From Iphione sp. A-MEVVRFRX5 (taxonomy: Eukaryota), in contig OZ320313.1 of the NCBI GenBank assembly GCA_976226885.1, forward strand, positions 60,946,001-61,010,000: DNA of 64,000 bases. The letters run 5' to 3'. Below the pieces are notes generated by a model. The model was not told where the DNA came from. It made no database searches and was given only the letters and a program-made list of their open reading frames with translations. Below are positions 1 through 13,080 of this stretch, piece by piece (position 1 is the stretch's first letter; the number at the start of each line of letters is the position of its first letter). A program made the position numbers and the translations under genes.

Positions 1-3000
1 ATCTGCGCCCGCATGTGGGTGTGGAACGGACAAATCTGGTTATATGTGAACAACCCCTAACAATAGTTACACAACTGATTGCCCACTGCGGGCAGGCCTT
101 TTGAGGTTGCTAGAAATTTGATTTTATATTTTTGATTTGGTCGAGGATTTGACCAAATGTTACTATGTGAGGCCTGTTTTCTAAATCTAATAGTTATCTA
201 GAATGATTACATTCTACCTGACTACTAACACGAAAAGGTCAAACACACCGACAATTTTGGGTAGTTAAGTTTTTATTCTAGGATATTGATGACCACAAGC
301 ATAAGTATACAGTGTAATTAAAACATGAGAATAGTTTTCTTTTTGTCAAAGTATGTGAAATATAAAGTGCCTCGCCCGGTTTTGGCATTACAAAGAAGCT
401 CTTTCGCCCCCTTGTTACTAGCGTTACTGTGGCAAACGGATCAGCAAGTACATTTATGCCCAGAGGGTAGCCATCAATACCTGCATGCGATCACTTATCA
501 GACGTAGTATCATACCTTGGCCTTCACAGGTAACTAGCAGTAGATGTAGCTCTGGTCGAAAAGGACTTTTGAAGACTGTCAGTGGCTGAGGATTGTCGCT
601 ACTCTGCGGCTTCTGATCTTCCCTAATAAGATGGCTGCCTACTTGTACCTGAACCCGATGACCGATCATACTACAGAACTGAAGGAAATGAGGAATGGAG
701 TTTCATTTTTCTCTTATTCTTACCTGACTTTAAATAGCCCTATTGATCTTACAGAGACGCGCCAATTATTCTCAGCATATTTCCTATTATCAGTGCAGGC
801 AATAGATACAATGCTCTAGATACGTTGTTTTTAATATTTCGCTAGATTGATGTGGGTTCTCTACGTCATGTATAATTGCTGTTCAAGTGGCCAGGAATAA
901 TATCAAGGGAGTTTATGCTTTATGATAATCTGTATTAGCCAAATAATAGTGATGTATAACTAGAGTAAGATGGCAGCATGGCATTATGAATAAAAGCATT
1001 ACCATGTGAACAGCTATATATGCCTTCAAGTATTATAGGTATAACAGGGTAGCAAGGAATAACATTTATATTCGTATAAAAATAATGTTTTTCTGATCAT
1101 GACTTTTGAGGAATTATAATAGGCTTTAAGTAATGTGTCTGTCATTGGGTAATTGCTATCGTAACTAATACAATGATGTTCTATTGCATAAAATGTATCA
1201 AAATCATCACGTATGTTACTTATTGTCTGCTTACCCGATGTTGTGTGACTGATTGTTGCTGAGCATATTGGTATTTTGGTTATTGTAGTACCAAAATGGA
1301 TGACAAATTTTCAAGTTCTGATAAAAATTTGGGGATCGCATGGATACCCCTATACATGTATACCCCTATATTGTTTAGAATTTTGTATGCATTCATACAG
1401 ACACATTATTTTCAAGTACATGTTGCATTCTCAACCTTATTACAGGGGTAGGATCATGGAATCGTGTCCCTCTATGAACATGTTATTCTGAAATCTATGA
1501 GCACGGTTTATGACAGGAGAAAATGTGGACTGTTGCATGGTTAATTTCCACATCTCAGTCCAATTGTTCCAGCATTTAGCTACATTAGGAACTTATGCCT
1601 ATGGAACACACAGGATGGACAGAAAACACATTCAATATATGCAATACATAGTTCAGAACATGTATACATGTCCAGGACCGTAAAAGATATTGAGTCAGGA
1701 AAATTACCGCAATGTGTTGCTACTCTAACACATTCATAAAAATATATTCCATCGAGTAGATATCACAAACTTGAGTACAATATTCAAAACGTGTATTCCT
1801 ATGTAATCAACATAATTGATCCATACCAGGCATGTGCTTCTACTCACAATGTTCAAAATATAAATACAAATATTCCCCATAGAAGACGCCTATTCAAGCC
1901 GTGTGAGTGTATCTATTCAAAACATAGTTAAGTAAAACATTTTTCTGTAATATAGTATGTGATAATAACCAGCTCAAACGCACCAAGTACATGGTATGCT
2001 CAACGTACATGTACATTGTCACCTTCTACCGGTATATACGTAGTAGACTGGCAGCCTGTCTGTAGGAATGCGTCATAATTGGCTGCCACCTTCATTGAGT
2101 TAATCTCAAGAAAATACACATGTAACTAGTTCATGGACGTGATTGATCTACAAAATTAATGATAAATAGGGAAATACATATTGTCTGTGTATATAACCTG
2201 TGTCGTCTTTAAGGTCCCGATTTCCTCGAGCATTGTTGAACACAAATAATTATGCATAAGCCTTTTATGAATTGGATATGGACTATTTTACTAATATTAA
2301 GAATTGGGAATTTGCTTCTCAGTTCATATATCTCGTTCGATTTCCGGTCAACAGTGGTCAATAACTATCCATAAAAGTCGCTCACAAAACATGCGTTCGG
2401 TACTGCGGTCTATAAATTGAACTTAGCTACATGTAGAGTATCGATCATCTATTCGGACCGTAAGAAACAAACACAAACAGCGGCACGAACTGCTGCATGT
2501 GAGTCATAGATATCGCTTGAGTGAGGGAAATGTCACATGAAGCACAAGGCTTTCCAATCGAATGAAAATAGCTTTGTTCTCATATTCGTCCTCGGTTCAA
2601 TTCATGCAAAAGGGCATAAGAAAGATGCACCAGGGACAAAAAGATCGCTTCCTTTCCCAAAGAGTTAACTTCTGCATGCTGATGAATCGTTTGGGACATT
2701 AAAAATTCAAAAGTAGACATTAATCATCCTCGTTATGTCTGTGAAGTAACTTTATCCGGGCAAGTTGATCAAGAGATTGGAAGGCGCCAAGGACCGAAAA
2801 AGAAAAGGACTTTTTCCTTTGCAGAAAAGGAAATTCCGAAAGTAATATCAAAACTACTTTTATCAGAGAGTGCTGTGCCTAATAACTTAGCTTTCCTTTC
2901 GAAAAGTATGAACGCTTTGTATCATTCTTGAGAAAGGAACAGCTACCAAAGCTCCTAATTATATTCTTTAAAGCAACTGTATTATAAAAATATAATTATA

Positions 3001-3599
3001 AAGAAAATGTCACTTCAACTGCGTCTCCTTATTCCAAGATGGAGAGACCTATTTAAATTACTCCTTCGCATACATGTATCTTCACTGTGCTGTGAACGAG
3101 TTCATTTGTCACAAACTTACATGTACATGTATTAGCTACCGTACACAATCTATTCGAAGAGAATGTAAATCCAGCAACTTAACAAAAGTAACTCAAATTT
3201 CAATGCATTTAGAGCAAATGCTGGTATAGAGCTCAACCTCTGACATCAAGTAAGCACATCCTTTGTGAAGAATAAGTATTTTGTACAGGGCATTTCATTT
3301 AGGCCAAGATGATTTGTCACGTGGTAGTGCTATCCCTATATATCAGTATGGGTGGAGGTGCAATTGTTTTCCTCAGTAGCCTCTTTCCCCCGTTCATGGT
3401 TTCACCAGTTGGAAGACCCGGGTTAACCTGATCCAAAATTTGGACTGCTCTGTTTTATTTCCATATTCAAGATTACTGGGCCTTGCAGCTAGTCCATCGT
3501 GGTCGGGAGATAGACAAACAGACAAGAGGAGGGAGCGACAGCGTTACAACAGTGTATGTAAATGGTAACTTTGTTCTTGAGTGCATCCCTCATTCGATG

Positions 3600-3800
3600 G
3601 TATTCACTTGTGTTAGTCTCAACCCCGTTAGCGGTAGGATGGTCATGTGGGGAATCCATTTTCAACAGCACCGTTCGTAGCAAATAGCAACACACCCCTT
3701 GCTACAGGTTTGATTTGCCTAAAGCTTGGTGACTGGGCTGGCTAAGCTGTCACACTCATTCTGCAGGATTCGGCCTTACCTCACTGCTGCTGATAGCATA
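3600..3800 (+). mobile_element. Possible highly decayed L2/CR1-type LINE fragment (post-RT region)
   Basis: Plus-strand translation gives ...MWGIHFQQH... followed about 34 codons later, through stops, by ...CRIRPYLTAA. This resembles the L2 pattern LGV.FD...IRKIRPYLT..AA. Motif recall only. Confidence 0.2.
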
Positions 3801-6268
3801 TCCTCAACCCCCAGGACAAGCACATCCCTGCTAAACATTAGTTTAGATGACCACATGAGGAAAAGAGTCAACAACAGTTCTAATTATAGTGTAGTACATC
3901 TTCCTCCTTTGGCCTGTACAGTGTGACAATGATTAATATGAATCATGATATTTGAATCGGCAGGTTAAATTTATCAATAGATTGCTCTATTTAAAGAAAA
4001 ACAGTTCATATAATGAAATATATCGCATTGTGACATGAGCAACAATTAACATCCAAAGATGGATAGCCCGATACCTTAAACAGACAACCTTGGACCCTGA
4101 CCACCGCCAAGCTGTCAATTTCAACCTTGCGTTTCTTATATCTTCTGGGTGCTACTGAAAGAGTGTCCGTTACCACCACTAAAGAGGACAGGGGATATAG
4201 GTGGTAAGGTTATGTCCCACGTTTATAGCCCGAGCTGCAATTGCTGGAAGCAAATGGTTGTCGGGTACGCAGCGGGAAGGGCGAGTATGCCTGGGTCAAG
4301 TGGTACACATTCCAACACATATTTCGACATACCCGGGCACTCTCTTTGCGACCACACATTGGCTGTACAGTTTGGATTGGAGGGCTAAATAAGCGGCACG
4401 GTGGCGTTTTATTAATCTAGCTCCTGTCAGGGATTGAGTGATATGTGCAGATCAGTAAAATTCTGGATCAGAGTTTTAGGTATGAGTGTATGGCAATTGC
4501 ACATCCATTTTGCTCATTTTTAATCATGAAGAATGACTGAGTTATAATTGACAGGTTAAGCAGTCCTTATTTTTCGTTTTGGAGGCGGTAAAGCAATTGC
4601 CGTCTCGTCAACACATAACTACTATGTTATTACCACACCGTTACTTGAGGTGGTGAGGTCATCTCGCAATTGTGACACGAATGGACTGCGTTTATTCAGA
4701 CAGTTAACATCTTTCCAGTGGCTGTAGCGTAGTAGCGTCAATATTTTTGGCACTATGGGTTGCCATATACAAACATGTACTTTTGACATTGTCAGCTTGG
4801 ACATCATACTGTATGCCATCAGATAGGACCCCTATACTGGGCAGCAATGTTACCAATTATGTATCATAGATTTACAGCAGATTGAACGTACACAGCGGAA
4901 ATCTATAATCTCATTATATCATATATATTCCGTATTAGATGTTGTTCACCATGGGAATTTCGAATATGGTCTTAACAATCCAACAACTGTCAAAATAATA
5001 ATATAATATCACGGACCGTCGGGCAATACCGGTACAGTATATGTGTGTATACAGAGGGGATTGCAATGCCATTTCATGTTCAGTGAATCAAACTCGAATT
5101 CTCCTGATCCGTCAGTGTTTGTCGTGTGAACTGGCAGTTTGATTGTGCTACTCTAGGAAGAATCACTGTACGAATACTGAATGGTTTATTTGCCGTCATG
5201 ATCGATCACTTATGGCAACAGATCAAAAAAACAACAGATAAAAAGATAGAAAGGTGTAAAAGTCAATACACAGGGCCTGCAGTGTTTCATCAATTATTCA
5301 CCTCTCCTGTTTGTGACGGGATGAGAGGATGATTGCTCCCAAGCAGGACACTAGTTTAAGAATCTTTTTATTCGTAATCAAATATCACTCTGACCTTTCG
5401 AAGCATTTTGGTTGGTTTAGGCTTATAATTTAAGCTATATTGCGACATACATGCAAAGACAAATGTAAAAGAGGGGTTGTTGTTGACTGTCTACACAGAG
5501 ACACAACTAGCAAAACGATACTTTTGGTTCTGGAGATACTAGGGCTAAAATAACCAGCAAAACAAGAATCCACCGTGGTGTTGTTGATGAGGAGGTACCA
5601 TGTGACCTGAGGCGGAGACATTGCCGTATTATATTTCTACCGTGTTTGCCCTCCGCCTCTCATTCTCTGATTTCTTCTTTGTGGCAATGAAATATCACAC
5701 TGGGGAAGAAAATGGCTGAGAAAGGCGCATCACACAGAAGATGCATGGAAGTAGCCACGACCTACACATATAATAGTAAACCAGGCGCCTGCGCGGGACT
5801 CTCGATATAAGCTAAAACTAATGAGTCAAGCAGACTGTATGAGCGTGAAGGAGGGACAGAGGAGCAGCAGGGATATGGACCGAAGGTGCACGATGTGGAA
5901 GGGTATAGCATGAGTAGAATAATGAAAAAACATCAGGCCGTCTAGAACGTCAATCAACCGAAGTATCAAAATACGTGTCTGTTCTTTTCATATTTCGCAT
6001 AAAACTTCCATACACCTACATGTTAGTATTGAACTTAGCGTTTGTTACTTACCGGTACATTTGAGTCTACATTGGATAGTATCAGTTATTCTAATCGCGT
6101 GGCAAAGGTACGAGTATAGACCTACAGGTATATGTGTTAACAAGATGGATTTCCATTGCCTTTGCAAGGTTCTGATGATATGAATCAATGCGGTTTCAGC
6201 AAAGTATGATGACTATTCTGTTCTCAGAGATTACTACAACAGGATGCAGATATAGATGACTGGACAAG

Positions 6269-6333
6269 CTCAGTGTGGGAAATGAGGCTCACTGAGCCTA
6301 CAGGGAAAGGTCAGCATTGTTTCCCACACTGAG
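6269..6333. repeat. Inverted repeat: 14-bp perfect arms enclosing a 7-bp inner hairpin
   Basis: ctcagtgtgggaaa (6269-6282) is the exact reverse complement of tttcccacactgag (6320-6333). An inner aggctca-c-tgagcct lies at 6285-6299. Confidence 0.9.
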
Positions 6334-6389
6334 TAAGACGGCCATCTATATCTGCGCCCCGTCCCAGTAATCGGCATATCATTAACCAT

Positions 6390-6720
6390 GTCAATGTTCG
6401 GGAATAATTTGAACCCTATTTTCCACATGAAATAGCATTCTCTAACCTTTCTTTTGGTGGCCATCTTGGAAGGTCAGTATACTCTGTATTGATGCAGCAT
6501 TCGAGAGAAATATGGCACAAAACATTTTCAGCCATCAAAGCCAGCCAAATAGATTAAATTATGCATAAGTACAGATATTAGAGGCATGATGAAGGCATTC
6601 TGAGCATTTGCTTTTGTATATTTCCAAGAAAGTCATTCACTCGTACAAGCAGATAACCGGGTCCTGTCATCTGCAGTGTAATTCTAAATATTTCTGTCAG
6701 GGACGTAACAGTAAGTGGCC
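6390..6720 (-). mobile_element. Possible decayed Penelope-like GIY-YIG endonuclease region
   Basis: Minus-strand frames give TVTSLTEIFRIT...GYLL...FLGNIQKQMLRM, then by frameshift LHHASNI, then RKVRECYFMWKIG. This is the order expected for the Penelope-like C-terminus (TFTS..F.I / IYLI / YVG.TKQ.LR.R..H.S.I / RK.RE.YW). Heavily frameshifted and GIY-YIG spacing is imperfect. Confidence 0.3.
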
Positions 6721-7219
6721 CGTACACACCCCCGGAAGTGTGCCATACACAGCTGTGTATGGACTCATCATGCTCATTTAGTAATTTCCCTTTGCCTAGT
6801 CTTATAATAATCAGCATTACTGTTTGGAGTTCTGGTTGTGCCGGCATTGTGATGTGTTCAGTATGTAGCAGTTAACTGCATTTCACTAAGAGAGGATAAA
6901 TATATTAAATATTCCATGGTAGTAAGCCATAATAATTACAGTGATCCCTACTCTTCATTGGATTATAAGACACCTTTTTTCGAAGTTTATGGCTGAATGC
7001 CACTGACTTCGGAGCCTTCTGCTCTTGAAAAGAAGCTCTCCTGATTTTCTGCTGTTTCTTGTTCTTGTGGTAACATACATACATTATTTTTGAAATTGAG
7101 CTCTGCAACACTCGGGACAAATAATATAAGCATATGAACATATATATATACTATGGTCATATATATATTATGTGTGCGTGCAGTGATTATTGTCGGGTCC
7201 TTTTTTCGGCCGCTACTAA

Positions 7220-7620
7220 TCACAGTGTTCGAAGCAGTGATACTGGTGAGGTGCTGCTCCTGATTGAATGATTCCCAGCCCGGAGCTGGCGGGGATATTG
7301 CTCTGTGCGCAGCCCCTCGCTGCTCCCGTTGCCGCCACCTCCGCCTCCACCTCCAGCGCGTCTGCTGCTGATACGGATGCCAGGCCCAGTTGCTCTAATG
7401 CTACTGCTCAGCACTGTCGCTAATGGTCGCTGCTAATCCTCCTTTTTGGCTGGATCTCCCTTGGCGCACCTAATACTGCCGCCTCATGGGGAGTGGCGCC
7501 GGCTAGTGCTGATTCTATTTGAGCTGTTGCTGTGGCTTCTACCTCTTCTTCTCCTGGTCTTATTGTTTGTGGCTCTTGCTTATACGGTACGTCATGGCGG
7601 AGGAGAGGTTAGGCTATAGA
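7220..7620. other. GC-rich low-complexity tract with triplet-like character (Ser/Arg/Gly/Pro/Leu-coding), all frames interrupted
   Basis: Runs such as ccacctccgcctccacctcc and gctgctg/gctgttgctg. Minus frames give GGGGGGG and RRRRGRSHSNSSNRISTSRR but each contains stops. Possibly a decayed retroelement ORF1. Confidence 0.5.
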
Positions 7621-10600
7621 GGGAAGGTTTGGGGATGGGGGTGTTGGCTCCTACTGCCAAAGCTAAGCTGATGCCAATCTAAGGCAGGCTAAGGCAGCAC
7701 AAGCATTGACTCGGAACTTTTACGAAATATCTATAATCTGCTCTCTCTGTGACACCAGGGAACGATTGAGGGCCCGGCTGTGAGGGGGAGCCAGGACGGA
7801 CCGCTGGCTGTATAATGTCATACTGCCTCTTCCCCGCAACACACGACAGAGACCGCCCCATGCAGCTCGAGCCGCCCCGACGCCTTTCTCCTCTCACACG
7901 AGACAGGTCTAACCCGATTGCCGAGCGCAACACTTATAATCCCAATATCATATTATCGCTTAGTGGAAATGGGAAGGCGTTAGAAATATCAAGAAGAAGA
8001 GGGTGGAGAAAAATATAAAATAACCCGTAGACTTAGAGTCTGTTCTACCCGATCTGACAGCGCAAAGGTAATTTCGTATTTCCCCTGGGTTACTGCTTTT
8101 TCTCAAGGGGCCCTCGATCTCATATATTTCAATAAGGAGCCAGGGCCTCCAGACCAGTGTGAGCAGATCCATGCTTCACAGTCGACGCTCACGCTGTGTT
8201 GAGTGGGATACTGGAGGGGTGACGTGTGTATGTGTTTGTGTTTACAGCGCGCACTGAGAAACACTCTTCCGCACGCTTACTCACATATGTGACATATGTT
8301 ACACGTGCAACTCCGCATGTATAATAATGTATGCTTCCCTGCTTTCACATGACCTTTCCTTGGCAATATCTTTGAAATATGACGTTCACATGTGCACCCC
8401 ATAGCCAATGATTGCTTCTTCGACAGTGACATGTCAATCCCCATAACCTATCGTATGAAGGAAAGACATCTGTCTAGAATATAGGCATACAAGGTGGTAT
8501 AAGCACTTTTTACCTTTCTCATACGTTAGTGTTCACCTTTCCTCCACATGAGTGAATACAATACAATGCCTCCACCTGGATTATCGCGGACCTCTTTAGC
8601 TGTGATAGGCCATTGTTGTCTCTGGTAGGCCTGACCTTTTACTGTAGTCATTTGCGAGTGATTAAGCTGAGACCCAATCATATTGTCTCCCTCTCTGTGG
8701 GACACTATCTGAGAGAGTCGTGCAGGCCTGTAACTAAAGGGGCGTGTGGGAAAGAGGTCGTCCAGAGCTGCACATTCAATAGTAGGTTTACATTCAGTCG
8801 CAAACATTAATCGTAAGATGAAATGATTAAATTGTCGTTTATGAGTATTTTATAATATCTCAGATAATAAACAAAAGTAACTGGATTATATCAGTCTGAC
8901 GGGGATCCCCCATTCTTGCTTAATCCCTTTTGCACAAGTTGTACATGGACTGTAACAAAAGCATCCTTATGCATAACATTCGAACCTTAGTTGCAGGCTA
9001 CACGAAGCCATGCAGTTTTCCCGTGAAATATTTGATAGCACGGAGTAGCAGTAATTTTCTAGAGAAGTTTCAATAACAACGGAAGTTAGGGGGCAACTTG
9101 ATCGTGTTGCCTACACGGCGAGTAGTTTTCAACTTAATGCGCTTCCTCATCGAAAATAATCATCACGCTTGAAAACTTAATAAGTGTTTTTATTAAATGC
9201 AGACTGACAGCCGGCATATCATGACTTGTCGTATCCTTGCTGACGGAGGTATATGGTTTCCGCAGCAACGAAATGTGGATGATGGTAATAAGATATATTT
9301 CAAATGAACATTACTCGAAATGGGAGGAAAAGGGAACAAAATGCTGACATGATGACATCTTCATTATTTTTGTTTTTTCTGTATGAAAGTAATTAAAAAG
9401 TATTTTATACCTGATTAAAGAAAGTATTGTGATTAATGTCAGTAAATGAAATACAGTGAAACATTATTAAGGCAATCCTTCTGTTTTTCCCACAGTGAAA
9501 AATTCATGTTCCAACACCACAGTTCATGTATAAAACCATACAATTTGAAAACAAAATTATTTTTAAGTTTTTTGCGCTCAAATGTATGTCTTTCAGATAC
9601 AGTAAACAAAACCACTCCCAGGTCTAATATTTGCACTTTAGCGGCAATATTTCCATACTTTTGTACCAGTCGTGTGATGATGATGTACAAATGCTAGAAA
9701 GTACTCTGTTATTCTTTAAGAAGAAATAAACATTATCTCTTTGTTTTACCTATGGTGATGTGGTGGCTCATTCAGCAGAACGTAGGAAAGAACACGAAAG
9801 TCAATTTAGGAGTCGGGAAGGCTGACCACGGGTCACCTGCACTTGCACTTTAAAAACCTGTTTAATACTTCTCTAAAAATCCATCAGAAAACAGAAATTT
9901 GTGCCTTGTGTTCAACGCCAAACATGCCTGTAGTTTGAGCTTTTGATATCTGATAAGTGCGAACAACAGGTTGTCATTTGAGTAAATAGAGGCTTAAAAG
10001 GGACTTACAGAAAGCAATATATTCCGCGCAGGACTCCGAATCAGCAATAAATTTACATGATTATACAAGTTACTGTCATACACAGGCCCATTACTTACTG
10101 ACAGAGATTTGACGAGACTCAATGCCCTTGAGTGTCCAGACGTTACAGGGTAACAATTTCCCGGTTTTGTTTTTCACCAGAGAAATGTTATAGCAAACAA
10201 TGTACTTATTACAATAGTCATAATAGTAAGATACGTACTCGTGTGTTGTTGATAGCAAACGGTTAATGTCTGTAACATGAGTGAACTGGGTGTTTCAAAC
10301 AGGGTTGGAAAGAAACTAAACAGTGGTCTCTACTTTTCATTCAGAAATCATACCAAGCATGATATCGTTGCATGTTGTCAGCCTTTCTTTACTCCCCAGG
10401 GATTTGCAGGCGATATTGCATGTCTGCAATGAAAATTTTGACATTTGTGGTTTGGATTTCGCCAAAATTGTAGTCTGTAAAGTTTCACAATATGAATGTA
10501 TCAGTCGTCTGCGAACATAATAATGTAAAACCGACATGTTACTTTCGAGACATTTGCCTTGCTACAAAAGGTAAACAAACACTGATTGTAATCAGCATGC

Positions 10601-12449
10601 TTGGCGATGAACGGTAAATTAGTTTACTTTGGACGGCTTGAAGAAATATTTTAAAGATTATTCATTGGCTCTTCTTTGTGAACGTTCTGCCCAAGCAAAA
10701 CCAGTCATAGTGATCATAATTGCTCGAGGGAAATACTCTTCACTGATCAAGTTTAGTGTTTGTATAGTTTTTTTGTCATCTTGCTCTCGCCCCCATACTA
10801 CAATTGATACTTATCGATCTAGTCTGAGATGAGATGACTATTGAAATGAAGATTGTAAATTACATGTTTCTGTCATCTATGCGAACCTCATTTCAGTCCG
10901 CGTCATCAAGGCTGAAAAAGCACACGACTGCAGTTAAGGAGCACCTGCCCTACAGGGCAGAGCTTTCATCTCATCGGGTGGCTGAGGGAAAGTGGATGCT
11001 TTCAGAAATTATGACGTAAAATCTTTCATACGTAAATTCAACTATTGGATGATGAGATTACATTTCTGTCACTGATACATCAGATCAGGCTGACCGATAG
11101 GTTGAATTTTTGCAAACCTCTATTCCCTAAACTTTTTTTTGTACAAATTCATACAACGTCTCTGGAAAATCGAACAGCTGCAAGTAAAGCCAATTTACAC
11201 TGATGCTTGATACGTTGATGTCGGTCGTTTTGATAATGCCAATACATTCCCAAGTATAGTAAATATTCTAAAAATAAGTTTGGTTTCGATTTAAAACACT
11301 TGAATCTGTACATAGACCTGTATAGAACACCTAATGGATACACAGTACAGTTTGCCTTCATGTCTGAGTAATACAAATGCCTTGTGGCTTGCTAACCTGA
11401 AAAGTCAGATTCTCATGTGTACCACATCGGAAATAACGTCACACAACCACTTATCTATATATTCATGAAAGCCCTTTATATCCTGTATATGTACAGACGT
11501 GTGTATATTGTGTATGCTTTCGACAAAATTTAGAGCAAATCAAAATTGCATCCTTTCCCTCAGAATAAATATTTCTAGGCCACCCCCGTGATGTTAATGA
11601 AAGCCGAAACATGGCCCACTTGCGAAATAGACGGCAGTTTTGGGGCGACTCTCTCCCACTTGTGTTCTATAATGCATGAACCCATGACCGCAGTCAGACG
11701 CTGAAATACGACTGAATCCATTGAACTATTATCAGGAGCCGACTAAAGCACCATGCCCTAACTTTCCAGGTGCTCCGAGGGAGCCCTATGACCTGCCAGT
11801 GTCAGCTCAACATCTGGTGCTCTTTGAGAAGCACCATCTAAGAGTCTGGCCGAGCTGGGCCAGAGTAGACCCTAGTTTCCGCTTGCTTGACTTCTTACAA
11901 AGGAGAGGCGGTCTTTTAAGTGGCATTTTGAGCGATAAGGTGCTGCTCGAACGGTTGATTTGGTAGGAGGTAGAGGGCTGCTTGGTCAAGGAAGGTCCCT
12001 TGTGTCAAGGACGCGGGGTCACTTAGGAGCTCTTTCTGAAGGAGGAAAATGGGTAGGAAGGATAATGCCATTAGAAATGAGGCATATTTCAGATCACTTA
12101 GGCAAAATACGTCAACAGATTTTTGGATACGATAAGAAATAGGTCATGCGGAAAATCGAGCCATCATGGTTAACAACGGCTTTTAGATTAACATACATGC
12201 ACATAAAATGTATCAATAAGGAACGACCCATCAATTGTTTCATTTTTTATGAGCTAGCTCTACAATATTTACCTCCATCCAAAGTGTCTAAAGCCATGGT
12301 AATTGTATGTCCCACAGTGGGTACATTCTACATTTACAATAATACTATAACATACTGTTAGGGTGTTCTGCACCAATACTGTTCTCCACTAATACAGACA
12401 AGGGGCCTGTTCTGTTGACCTTTCTGAAACGAACAAACATGATGGACGA

Positions 12450-13080
12450 AAATGTAATCTACCTATCGTGTTTTGTCAGACAGTGGTCCATTACATTGAT
12501 TACTGAGGCGACTTCCATGAGGCCGATGGTGCATTACCCAAAACGGTTTAGAAATGCCACCAACATATTAAGAAATATAATGCCCATTTTTGGAAAATTG
12601 CTCGGCCATCTGTAGGCAACACTATAAGCGACTTGCTGGTACCCCACGTGTGACAGTGCTTCGTTTGACCTGCATAGCAACGACTGGCCTTATTTATCTG
12701 CCCCCTGGCTTCGAATTACGGAGCTGCATCGCCAAATTCAGCGGAGGGGGGCCTCTGCGGCGTCACTTCGCTGTCGACCACAAGGTGACTGAGGCCAATA
12801 TGGCCACTATCTCGGTGTGATTGGGGTTGTCACGGCAACACAGGTGGCGCCACCGTTGACCTCTACTCCAGTGGGATCACGTGCCTCGCGAGAGCTGAAA
12901 GCTGCTGCCGTCCGCGGACCCCGTGCAAGCTGTGAAGATGTGTGTCTGTGTGTGCGCACGGGTTCGTGCGTGCGCACCTAGCTTGTTAAGTTGCCCTAAG
13001 CCGCAGAGGGCGCCCAGAATGTTAATGAGTATCTGCGGAAAGGAGTCGGTATAGTGCTGGCTGAATATCTTGTGTGATTT
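12450..13080 (+). mobile_element. Possible decayed LINE ORF2 N-terminus (APE endonuclease plus linker)
   Basis: Plus-strand motifs in APE order: GDFH (12507-12518; cf. GDFN), TPRVT (12641-12655; cf. PTRVT), VDH (12773-12781; cf. SDH), then NVNEYLRKGVGIVLAEY (about 13018-13068; cf. linker N.YF..VG..LA). Frameshifts and stops throughout. Confidence 0.3.

Noticed and set aside
9755-9860. tRNA-derived SINE-like start (tggtggctca A-box-like)
   Set aside because: No B-box (GTTCRA) or cloverleaf; no tRNA gene could be built here or at other gttcga sites (2334, 53080).
11310-11400. Minus-strand exon-like segment translating FVLLRHEGKLYCVSIRC, reminiscent of a Rieske domain
   Set aside because: The ligand His of C-x-H is absent (CSI), the frame stops shortly after, and no second CPxH exon was found downstream on that strand.
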